Made by a program: the position numbers and the translations under genes. From Lytechinus pictus (Eukaryota): DNA of 64,000 bases. Every line of letters starts with the position of its first letter. Within the stretch, counting starts at the first letter, position 1. The DNA lies in NCBI RefSeq assembly GCF_037042905.1, contig NC_087251.1:46378001-46442000 (forward strand), given 5' to 3'. Of the stretch, positions 1-11,278 are shown piece after piece. The notes under the pieces were generated by a model. That model ran no database searches and was not told the origin of the DNA. It saw nothing but the letters and a program-made list of their open reading frames with translations.

Positions 1-285
1 AGGAACATGTGTGAAATGATTTGTCCATTGATATACTGAAGGTACAGTGAAGACCATATATTCAATTTTCTTAGAAAATTACATTTCATTGATTTTTTAC
101 CAAACGATATGTAGGAAAGCTGCTTACATTTGACGTCACAAATTAAACTTTTAATAACTTTTTTATTTTTTGATGGATTTTCTCAAATCTTGGCTTCAGA
201 AATATTTTAAATATTTTTTGTACAATAAACTTTTTGTCAATGTGAATTTCCCTTTAAGTACTTTCCCTCTAAATGAGTTATATTT

Positions 286-694
286 ACCGTGTTTACACGC
301 TGCATAAAAAAAGCCGATGCAGAATCGGCTTTTTTGTTACATGTAAACGCGATTAACTTGCATCGGCTCTCGGTTCAGAATCGGCAATTTTGCACCACCA
401 AAGTAGAAGGTTCAGAACTGCGAGCCGATGCAGGATCGGCTTTTTTTCTACGTGTAAACAGAAAGCCGATTCTGCATCGGCAATTGGCGCGTATTTCATT
501 CACTTTACCATTATGACGTACAAGGATCCAGCGTTGTCTTTATTATGACGTGTATTGTTGTTGGCCGATCTTTTCAGGTTTTTGCCACGCGAGCCGATTT
601 TGCACTGCGAGCTGGAACAGCGTGTAAACGCAGTGCAAGATAAACCAAAAGCCGTTTGGTTCTGAACCAAATGCCGATCACGTGTAAACATGGT
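286..694. mobile_element. MITE-like element with ACCRTGTTTACACG terminal inverted repeats
   Basis: accgtgtttacacg at 286 and cgtgtaaacatggt ending at 694; internal repeats of CGTGTAAAC and GCCGAT/ATCGGC. Confidence 0.6.
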
Positions 695-1411
695 GATAAT
701 TGAGTTTAAACCAAAAGAGCATTTTTAAGAAAACTTGCTTCAGTTGCTTGTCAAGTAAGTTTGAATATGAGTTGGATTCAGTATAGGTGAATAGTCCTTC
801 AATTTTCTTACCTTAAAGGTAAATGCCAGTTGTGGTAACGATATCAAAATGAGTTCGTACAGAATCCAGTGAAATGACCACCAAAGTGTCTGTTTGTATA
901 AATAAAACATATGTGCCAAAGAATTCTGGAAGAAATTTTGTAATTGCTGAGAAATCAGCAAATAAGCACAGGATTTGGGTCAAGCGTCGGGCCGACATTC
1001 AAGGCAATAATAATACACTGTCCCACTTGCGCTTATCTGTGTTGGTGATCTTCAGTGTAAACATTTTTCAGCGTAGATTTCACGAAGTTCAGTTTATGTA
1101 ACTGTACCAGATCTAGATCCTCGATGATATACTGACAATTAAGCCTGGTTTACAGACTTTCTCATGAAATCAGTGTTTACTGCAACTATACTGGCATTTC
1201 TCTTTAAGCAATACATGTACTAGACCTCATTAAATTTTGCTTTTTACATTTTGCTAGTTTCCAAAATGTTCTTCCCATATTTTAAAGGGATCCATCTCCC
1301 AATTGCAGTTTGCAGTATGAATGATTTTCACTCTCAGAAATTCATCTCGACTATACATTTTGCATATTCTGCAGAGACAGAGAGTTTGGTTCAATCATGA
1401 AATTTGTTGAT

Positions 1412-1680
1412 AAAATTGTGAGAAGTACGTAGTTCCTACACTTGGGTGGAGAGTGGCAAATGTAGATAAATGCCTTGCCAAATGACCCAAGTGAAAACTA
1501 AAAATTGTGAGAAGTACGTAGTTCCTACACTTGGGTGGAGAGTGGCAAATGTAGATAAATGCCTTGCCAAATGACCCAAGTGAAAACTAAAACTTGTGAG
1601 AAGTACGTAGTTCCTGCACTTGGGTGGAGAGTGGCAAATGTAGATACATGTAAATGCCTTGCCAAATGACCCAAGTGAAA
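1412..1680. repeat. 89-bp tandem repeat x3, unit resembles part of a SINE body
   Basis: ttgtgagaagtacgtag at 1416, 1505 and 1594; the unit segment cacttgggtggagagtggcaaatgtagataaatg resembles the SINE at about 9428. Confidence 0.85.
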
Positions 1681-1793
1681 ATAATAATAATTCATTCTCA
1701 TTTCTATTTATGATATTGTTGTCGTTTAAATCTTTCTTCAGAAAGATTACTCTAAATGCAAGAGCAATTATGTAAATTGAGTTCTAATATTAA

Positions 1794-2385
1794 AGGACAA
1801 GTCCACCCCAACAAAAACTTTATTTGAATAAAAAGAGAAAAATCCAACAAGCATAACACTGAAAATCAGATGTAAAATAAGAAAGCTATGACATTTTTAA
1901 GTTTCGCTTAATTTCACAAAACAGTTATATGCACATCCTGGTTATTATGCGAATGAGGGGACTAATGACATCATCCACTCACTATTTCTTTTGTATTTCA
2001 TTATATGAAATATAAAATATTATAATTTTCTCCTCATTGTCCAGTAAAACAACGATTAATTCCTCCATGAACATGTGGACTTAGCATTGTTTAATATCAT
2101 ATGGTTCAGTCAAGTTGGTCCTTATTGTCAAATCTGTAAAAAATGAAATATTTCATAATTCAAACAATAGAAAATAAAAGAAATAGTGAGTGAGGGATAT
2201 CATCAACCATCTCATTTGCATGTCACTCAGTTGTGCATATTACTGTTTTATGAAAAATAAGCGAAACTTTAAAATGTCATAACTTTCTTATTTTACATCT
2301 GATTTTGATGAAATTTTCAGGGTTATTCTAGTTTGATTTTTCTCTATATGTTCAAATCAAAATTTTTCTGGGGTGGACTTGACCT
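1794..2385. mobile_element. Kolobok-like non-autonomous DNA transposon (TTAA TSD)
   Basis: TTAA|aggacaagtccacccc ... ggggtggacttgacct|TTAA; long imperfect inverted arms. Confidence 0.75.
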
Positions 2386-3041
2386 TTAAAGGAATAAAAT
2401 CTGTGTTTTAAACTTTGAATGTTAAAATCTATTACTTTATGGAGTATTGTGATAATGAACTAATTTAATTATTCATTGGTTTTCTCTCTTATTTTGTAAG
2501 TTCTTTATAATATCTAATTCTGTATGACATGGTTTGTTTCAATATTGTTGAATAATATACGTATAATTGTTTGAAGTTATTGGTTGTAATGATTTGTACA
2601 ATTTATTACCTGTGATTAATTTAAGCATTGGTGATGTTATTTCAAATTTCTAAATGGAGAGTAGGCACAAATTTTAAAAAATGTCTGTAGGGTCCAAAGG
2701 GTCCAATTTCATTGTTCAAAAATTCAACAAAATATTTTCATCAGAAAATGAATGTAAAAAATCAATCAAGGCAAGCATCATGCATTTGGATAATTATAAT
2801 AAGGAACTTTTGGAGTTTGGACTTGTGAACCTACAACATATTGGGCTATTGGGTTATAAATTCAAACCTTCAGCATAACAAGCTGTTAATGTTGGCTTTG
2901 TTCATTTGTGCATAATACATCAAGTTCAAACAAAATGAGTTCAGCTCGGTGGTAGTTAGCTCCCTAATGTTCAGGCTGCAAAAGTTCCTTTTGTGCAATG
3001 ACTGACAAGGGCTTGGTAACCTGCAAAATTATTTCATTTAA

Positions 3042-6000
3042 AGGGGTACTCTGTGCTGAAAATAATTTTATCCAAATTAATAGAGTAAAATGCTGAAATT
3101 TTCATCAAAATCTGATAACAAATAATGAGGGTTTTTAATTATAAAGTTAAGTACCATAATTTTTTGTGCACGTGGTCATGAATATTCATTAGATGGGCTG
3201 ATGATTTCACATCCCCACTTTTCTTTTTGTTAAATGTTATTTCATACTACAATGCTCCACATTTACTTTTTATACGCCCGTCTCGACGGGACGTATTATG
3301 GTATCACGCTCGGTGTCCGTCCTTCCATCTGTCCGTCCGTCTGTTAACTTTTCCTTGTAAACGCGATAACTTCAGTTTATTAACTTAACATAGGCTTATA
3401 TTATTTGCTGTGTATGATATTAGCGTGGATCCCAGGAAGCCTATTGATTTTGAGGTCAAAAGGTCAAGGTCACAGTCACGTATTTTCTTCGTACCCTTCT
3501 GCAGTCCTTGTAAACTTGATAACTTCAGTTGAACTTAACCTAGGCTCGTATGATTTGGTGTGTATGATACTAGCATGGATCCCAGGAAGCCTATTGATTT
3601 TGACGTCAAAAGGTCAAAGGTCAAGGTCACAGTGACATATTTTCATCGTACCCTTCTGCAGTCCTTGTAAACGTGATAACTTCAGTTGAACTTAACCTAG
3701 GCTCGTATAATTTGGTGTGTATGATACTAGCATAAGTCCCAGCAAGCCTCTCGATTTTGAGGTCAAAAGGTCAAAGGTCAAGATCACAGTGACATGTTTT
3801 CATCTTACCCTTCTGAAGTCCTTGTAAACGTGATAACTTCAGTTGAACTTAACCTAGGCTGATATAATTTGGTGTGTATGATACTAGCATAGATCCCAGG
3901 AAGCCTATCGATTTTGAGGTCAAAAGATCAAGGTCACAGTGACATGTTTTCATCTTACCCTTCTGCAGTCCTTGTAAATGTGATAACTTCAGTTGAACTT
4001 AACCTAGACTGATATGATTTGGTGTGTATGATACTAGCATAGATCCCAGGAAGCCTATCGATTTTGAGGTCAAAAGGTCAAAGGTCAAGGTCACAGTGAC
4101 ATGTTTTCATCTTACCCTTCTGAAGTCCTTGTAAACGTGATAACTTCAGTTGAACTTAACCTAGGCTCATATAATTTGGTGTGTATGATACTAGCATAGA
4201 TCCCAGGAAGCCTATCGATTTTGAGGTCAAAAGATCAAGGTCACAGTGACATGTTTTCATCTTACCCTTCTGAAGTCCTTGTAAACGTGATAACTTCAGT
4301 TGAACTTAACCTAGGCTCATATAATTTGGTGTGTATGATACTAGCATAGATCCCAGGAAGCCTATCGATTTTGAGGTCAAAAGGTCAAGGTCACAGTGAC
4401 ATGTTTTCATCTTACCCTTCTGCAGTCCTTGTAAACGTGATAACTTCAGTTGAACTTAACATAGGCTTATATTATTTGCTGTGTATGATATTAGCGTGGA
4501 TCCCAGGAAGCCTATTGATTTTGAGGTCAAAAGGTCAAGGTCACAGTCACGTATTTTCTTCGTACCCTTCTGCAGTCCTTGTAAACTTGATAACTTCAGT
4601 TGAACTTAACCTAGGCTCGTATGATTTGGTGTGTATGATACTAGCATGGATCCCAGGAAGCCTATTGATTTTGACGTCAAAAGGTCAAAGGTAAAGGTCA
4701 CAGTGACATATTTTCATCGTACCCTTCTGTAGTCCTTGTAAACGTGATAACTTCAGTTGAACTTAACCTAGGCTCGTATAATTTGGTGTGTATGATACTA
4801 GCATAAGTCCCAGCAAGCCTATTGATTTTGAGGTCAAAAGGTCAAAGGTCAAGATCACAGTGACATGTTTTCATCTTACCCTTCTGAAGTCCTTGTAAAC
4901 GTAATAACTTCAGTTGAACTTAACCTAGGCTGATATAATTTGGTGTGTATGATACTAGCATAGATCCCAGGAAGCCTATCGATTTTGAGGTCAAAAGGTC
5001 AAAGGTCAAGGTCACAGTGACATGTTTTCATCTTACCCTTCTGAAGTCCTTGTAAACGTGATAACTTCAGTTGAACTTAACCTAGGCTCATATAATTTGG
5101 TGTGTATGATACTAGCATAGATCCCAGGAAGCCTATCGATTTTGAGGTCAAAAGGTCAAGGTCACAGTGACATGTTTTCATCTTACCCTTCTGCAGTCCT
5201 TGTAAACGTGATAACTTCAGTTGAACTTAACCTAGACTGATATAATTTGGTGTGTATGATACTAGCATAGATCCCAGGAAGCCTATCGATTTTGAGGTCA
5301 AAAGGTCAAAGGTCAAGGTCACAGTGACATGTTTTCATCTTACCCTTCTGCAGTCCTTGTAAACATGATAACTTCAGTTTAACTTAACCTAGGCTCATAT
5401 AATTTAGTGTGTATGATATTAGCATAGATCCCAGGAAGCCTGTCGATTTTGAGGTCAAAAGGTTAAAGGTCAAGGTCACAGTGACATGTTTTCATTTTAC
5501 CCTTCTGCAGTCCTTGTAAACGTGATAACTTCAGTTTAACTTAACCTAGGCTCATATAATTTGGTGTGTATGATACTAGCAAGGATCCCAGCAAGCCTAT
5601 TGATTTTGAGGTCAAAAGGTCAAAGGTCAAGATCACAGTGACATGTTTACATCTTACCCTTTTGAAGTCCTTGTAAACGTGATAACTTCAGTTGAACTTA
5701 ACCTAGGCTCATATAATTTGGTGTGTATGATACTAGCATAGATCCCAGGAAGCCTATCGATTTTGAGGTCAAAAGGTCAAGGTCACAGTGACATGTTTTC
5801 ATCTTACCCTTCTGAAGTCCTTGTTAACGCGATAACTTTAGTTGAACTTAACCTAGGCTCATATAGTGTGGTGTTTATGATACTAGCATAGATCCTAGCA
5901 AATCTATTGATTTTGAGGTCAGAAGGTCAAAGGTGAAGTCGCCATCTTCCACTTTTCTTGCTTGACCAATAGCTCCATTTTCCGCGTTACAGGCGGGCGT

Positions 6001-6529
6001 ATTATGTGCTCGCCTTAGCGACACTCTTGTTCTTTCATATAATATGTTTTGGTGGCCCGATATAAAAGTTTGGTGGCCCCAAAAATATAAAGAAAAACAT
6101 TTAAACATGAATAAAACTTTTAAAATATTAATTCTGCAGCCACAACCACTAAACTAGTAAAATCATAATTACATGTATCCATATTTTCATATTCCCATAC
6201 ATGTGTGTTTAATATATAAGTTGCAGCAATGAATATCTAATGCATTAAATTAGTTGTCAATCAAAGTTTGTTAGTTCTTGGAGGACAAAATTTGAATAAA
6301 CATCATTTCATGTAATAAAATACAAAAGGACAAGTGGGAATTATATGTCATCATCAGATTGCTCATTGAATATTCATGAAGATATAGAACTGTTTTACCA
6401 GAATAATGCAAATATTTGAACTCTCACAACTTTGTTATTTCATGATCGATTTGGATAAATTTGTCAGTGTTTTTTTCTGATTTTTCATTATTTGTTCACA
6501 TCATATTATTTTAAGCCTGGAATACCCCT
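3042..6529. mobile_element. Kolobok-like MITE interrupted by a satellite-bearing element
   Basis: TTAA|aggggtactc at 3042 and gaatacccct|TTAA ending at 6529; arms resemble the 1794-2385 element. Confidence 0.65.
3269..6031 (+). mobile_element. Helentron/DINE-1-like non-autonomous element with an internal array of about 17 x 150/157-bp units
   Basis: Subterminal inverted repeats tacgcccgtc / ggcgggcgta, 5' hairpin, (TCCG/TCTG)n microsatellite, tandem array at about 3350-5935, 3' hairpin gtgctcgccttagcgacac, T-rich ends. Confidence 0.8.
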
Positions 6530-7090
6530 TTAAGACCATTTGCACCAGCTGTTTGGTGATTGGCAGATGTAGAGCCAAGAGTTCAAGAGAAGCTCAGCTC
6601 ATGCATGGCCCTGCAGAAATGGATCACACAAGAGGCGGCATCAAGGGATATTCCATTTTTTTTATCGGGGGTGATCGATGGATCTGTTTAGTAATTTGCT
6701 GGCAATATTAACAAGTTGTTTTTAAAGAGCCAAGAAAACAAAGTCATCAGTTTGGCGATTTGCCTTCATATTTGCAACCGTCCAAAAATATGGCAATAGT
6801 TATTTTCATGGGGATGTCGTGACACAAATCTACACACAAACACACTACATAATGCTTCCAGAGTCATCATAGGTTCGTGTTCATACCTGGAAAATGAGCC
6901 GATTGAATCGTCGGCATGATTTTGATGAATGCTGATGGTTTGGTGTCAACCAGCCAAGTAAGCATAACGGGGCCTAATCACCCATATAATGGTCTGCACG
7001 CTCTGCTCTCATCGTTGCCTTCGCTCAGGCTCATCGGAATCTATGTCAAGTTAATGTGTACTCGCTGTGTGAAAAAAGAAACCCTAGACC

Positions 7091-7620
7091 TGAACTGAAC
7101 TGAACTGAACTGAATTTATTACCAAATAATGTCAAAATACAATGATACAGGGTAAATTGTCATATATACTTCATTGGTAAAAGGACTCCACAGAAATAGC
7201 AAGTACTGCTAGTGAGACATGGAGCCCCTATCCTACAATATACATGATCATAATTAATAGCATGAAATAACATTTGAATAGTAAGTTCACAAATTATGCT
7301 CTTCGGCAAATAACATAAATGAATAGGTCTAGCACAATAGGGTAAAAGCAAGGATTGCATACAAATGAATTAAAACATTTTTATAATATGATTGACGAAC
7401 TCATGAATATTCTTGTATGAAAATGTTTTTAAGTGCTCTGCGGAAGTAATTTACAGATTTAAGACGTTTTACTTCATCAGGAAGGCTATTCCAGATTTGT
7501 GAACCCATAAATCAGATTGAAGTTTTGCCATGTTCTTTCCTCACCCTTGGCAAGAGTAGAGCTGATTGTTTTTGTCTTGTACTATATTGATTCTCAAAGA
7601 AGTTATAATATTCATACACT
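7091..7620 (-). mobile_element. 3' end of a CR1/L2-clade LINE
   Basis: Minus strand reads GSQIWNSLPDEVKRLKSVNYFRRALKNIFIQEYS*, followed by a 3' UTR and a (TTCAG)n tail at 7091-7114. Confidence 0.7.
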
Positions 7621-7963
7621 AGAGGTATGAAACAAAAATCCTTATGTCTCGGTTAAAATTGTATTTCTTCATGCTATTCCATTACGAAGGAAAATGTTTG
7701 GAAGCAAACTGGATGATTTGAAATTAAATGGATGTTAACTTCGATTTGGTTTTGTTTTAGATAATCAAAATTAGTGTAAACTAGGTTATGAATCAGTGGT
7801 ATGATATGAGCCCCCAAATTTGAGAGAGTACAATACTGCGAGCGAGCAAAGCGGGCAAGCAAAAACTTTGACTTTTAAAAATTAAAGTCTGCTTTTGTGA
7901 TAGATTTTGACAAATATGTCAGAAAATATATACCTTACCCTTTCCCTTTCTTTTTATTTCTTT

Positions 7964-8404
7964 TTATACCCCCGTCCTAGACGGGTCGTATTATGGTATC
8001 ACGCTCGGTGTCTGTCTGTCCGTCCGTTAACTTTTTCTTGTAAACACGATAACTTCAGTTTGACTTAACCTAGGCTCATATAATTTGGTGTGTATGATAC
8101 TAGCATGGATCCCAGGAAGCCTATTGATTTTGAGGTCAAAAGGTCAATGGTCAAGGTCACAGTGACATGTTTTCATCTTGCCCTTCTGCAGTCCTTGTAA
8201 ACACGATAGCTTTAGTTTGAATTAACCTAGGCTCGTATAATTTGGTGTGTATGATTCTAGCATAGATCCCAGCAATTCTATCGATTTTGAGGTCAGAAGG
8301 TCAAAGGTAAAGTCGCCACCTTCCACTTTTCTTACTTGACCAATAACTCAATTTCTGCGTTACAGGTGGGCGTATTATGTGCTCGCCTTAGCGACACTCT
8401 TGTT
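7964..8404 (+). mobile_element. Short copy of the same Helentron/DINE-like family (about 1.7 repeat units)
   Basis: Same 5' end, microsatellite, 157-bp unit and 3' end (gctcgccttagcgacactcttgtt) as 3269-6031. Confidence 0.85.
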
Positions 8405-9282
8405 CTCCTTGCCATCCTTTTCTCTTTTTTTTTCTTAAAAATCTTTTATTTTTATTCTCAAAATCTTTCTGATTATTATTTAGATTACATTTGAAATATG
8501 ACAATGCAATATATGTAAAATATATTAAAGTAGTTGATTAATTATTATATAACTTAACTTGTGAAGGAAACTTTGAAAATCATAGCTTGTGAATCAGATT
8601 AGCTGTTCGCGCACAGTTTTTGCTATTTATAGTGGCGTTGACATGTAAACTAAGCAGCATTTTAAAACATGTCCCCTGTGAAAAGTCATCATAGGTTTTA
8701 CTCAATTATAGATTTATTTACTTAGTTAAAACGGTAATAGTTTCCTACAGATAGACACAGTTGAAATTTTGGAACAGCAATATTGTAATATCGAAATGAA
8801 CACTCTTCTTCATGTATGATCATATTGACCTAGTAATATTACTACAATTTAGTCCAGATGGGCTTACTAAATACAAGCTTTGCTTTTTAGTTCTAAATGA
8901 TGATAATATTATTGTTCTGATATATAGATGCATAACACTTGCGGTTCTTTATGCATGAGGAAAAGCAGGAAATATGGTTTGAATCGTAGACTGAAAATTA
9001 AGCATTTAATATGCATTATAAACATAGAATATTTAACTCATATTGAACCTAACTTAATTAAACATTCTGAAAGAGGTGGGTTTTTTAAGTTTTCTTTGAA
9101 TTGCTCAATTTGGGGGATAAGTGTCCTATTTTCATTTTCATATGCTAATTATTACTGTTTATTTGTTTAATTATCCAAATGTATTGAAACAACGATTTAT
9201 TTATTTATTTATTGATCATTCTACTCTGTTATTATTTATAACTGCAGTATTTCTTATGATTTTATTATGTTTTGTATATAAT

Positions 9283-9563
9283 GATAATAATAATAATAGC
9301 AGGATTTATAATCGCTTTTTTCCTGAGGATACAATGTGCTGCTATCATTACTCCGGCTTTAGCTTTAGCTTCCATTACCGGCGCTCAGTGCATTCAAGGA
9401 ATTAATCCTACAAGGTACCCATTCACCCACCTGGGTCGAGTGCAGCACAATGTGGATAAATTTCTTGCAGAAGAAAAACACGACATGGCTGGGATCGAAA
9501 CCACGTTCCTCACGATTGAAAAGAAAGACGAGAGACGAGTCATAACATAACCACGAGACCACA
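9283..9563 (-). mobile_element. tRNA-derived SINE
   Basis: Degenerate A and B boxes on the minus strand (gtggtctcgtgg; gtttcgatcccagcc), simple-repeat tail; related copies at about 13490-13720 and 24462-24630. Confidence 0.7.
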
Positions 9564-10955
9564 ATGCTTCCACTATTATGTTTGTTTTTATGTGGATTAT
9601 TTGAAAATGAATAAATTGAAACTTGAACTTGAAACTTTAGAGCCCCATAATGATTATTGTACTTGTTTGCTTTGCAGTACTCAGACATCTGCATTATCAG
9701 TGATCACTACAAACTTTATGGAATATTGACTTTTGTTGCAGTAATAGATACTATGTTTCTATTACAGGTAGATTCTCGCTTTGCTTGGCGACACCTGTTT
9801 AACTGTTATTTTTTATGATTAACTGATATTTTTTAAAACTTATGTACGTATGTTTTATATTTGGCAGGCATAGAACTGCATATTGATGTCAGGGAAAGAT
9901 AATTGATTTGATAATTGGTTATTTGAGTATTGCTCCAAGTTCCAAAAGTTTTCAAAATTTATGAGGGGGGGGGAACTGCCCCCTGACCCCCCCCCCCCCC
10001 CCCCCCCCCCGCAGCGTACAACCATGTATACAGGTTATTTATTAATATATTGTACTACAGGGTATAGCAGTTAAAAAGCCTGTCTATATTGATCGTGAAA
10101 ACTGATTAGACATTTACCATGGGATCTACGAGACCACAACACCTCTTCAATACTAGCTTTAATTTATTATCATTATTTGGGTATTTGATTTTTTTTATTT
10201 TCATCAAAAAGTTAAAATTAGACTTTCAAAGTTTTGTTTATATTATATTGGGTTCAAAGTCTTTTGGTTGAAATTATTTGATCTCTTAGAGAAGATTCTA
10301 TTGACTGAAGTATCTATACACAAATATTTTCAGTTTCTTTTTGTAACTTAATGTAAATTTGCTTTTGATATTGAACCATTTTATTGGACATTCTGGCCTG
10401 TAAGGAGTTTGATCTGTTGCTAAAGAAATCATGCAATTCATTCATGTATTCATATGTTTTCTATTTCATAGTAAAATGTACAAAATTCTCTAATTATTAA
10501 CTACCTGTAGAAAATGAATACATGATTAAATTGAAGGCCTATAGTTTTGTACATTTGTGGCATACAGTCATGTTGAAACAACTAAAGTATAACGATGTTT
10601 TCCCTCTCTCACCAAATGGGAGACAATTAACCTTTTATTGTGTATTTGACATCACCTTTCCATGCAATACTATGTGTACATGTTTACTTTTTTCTTCTTT
10701 TATACAGATTATCTGAACTCTTCCTTCCATCAAGTTCATTCCGAAGTTAGGTCCCAGGTTGGCTAACATGACATCTGATTGTAGAGGTTGGTAAGGACAG
10801 GGGTCGTTGACGTATTGAAAGAGCTTCTGGCTTCCTGGCCCAGCGGCCTTCACCACCCGCCAAGAGAGCAAACAGTTCTATCTTTCATATCAATGCACAC
10901 AGCATAAACTCTTCCTAATCACACCAACCAGTGGCGAGGCAACCAACCAATCAGG

Positions 10956-11278
10956 ATGAGTCTGGAGGAGAGCCCATCAGGGGCGGCGTACGAGTCGCTG
11001 GGTGCCGAGGACTCGGTGCTCACTTTCCGAAAGAGCAAGCTGGAGGGAGGCACGATGGGTCACAGCAGTAGATCCCACCTGATTCTGATCTGGATAGTTG
11101 GGCTGTGTGTGGGGGTTGGGGTAGGGGTACTCATCGGGTGGTTCGCATCCCAGGCCAAGTTTCCCGATGAAAAGGCATATAAACTTTGGCAACAAGCTCT
11201 TACAGAAGAGGATGCTGACAGGATATCAAAACTTCTCATTGATGAACTCAATGCAGACAATATCAAGGAAAATCTCAG
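10956..11278 (+). CDS. GCPII-like coding exon 1 (cytoplasmic tail and TM helix)
   Basis: MSLEESPS...[22 protein letters not shown]...NADNIKENL; donor AG|gtaat. Confidence 0.9.

Noticed and set aside
3350..5935. Regular array resembling a CRISPR or a coding repeat (ORFs at 3405 and 4371)
   Set aside because: Head-to-tail repeats without unique spacers, inside a eukaryotic TE; the frames are broken by 7-bp indels
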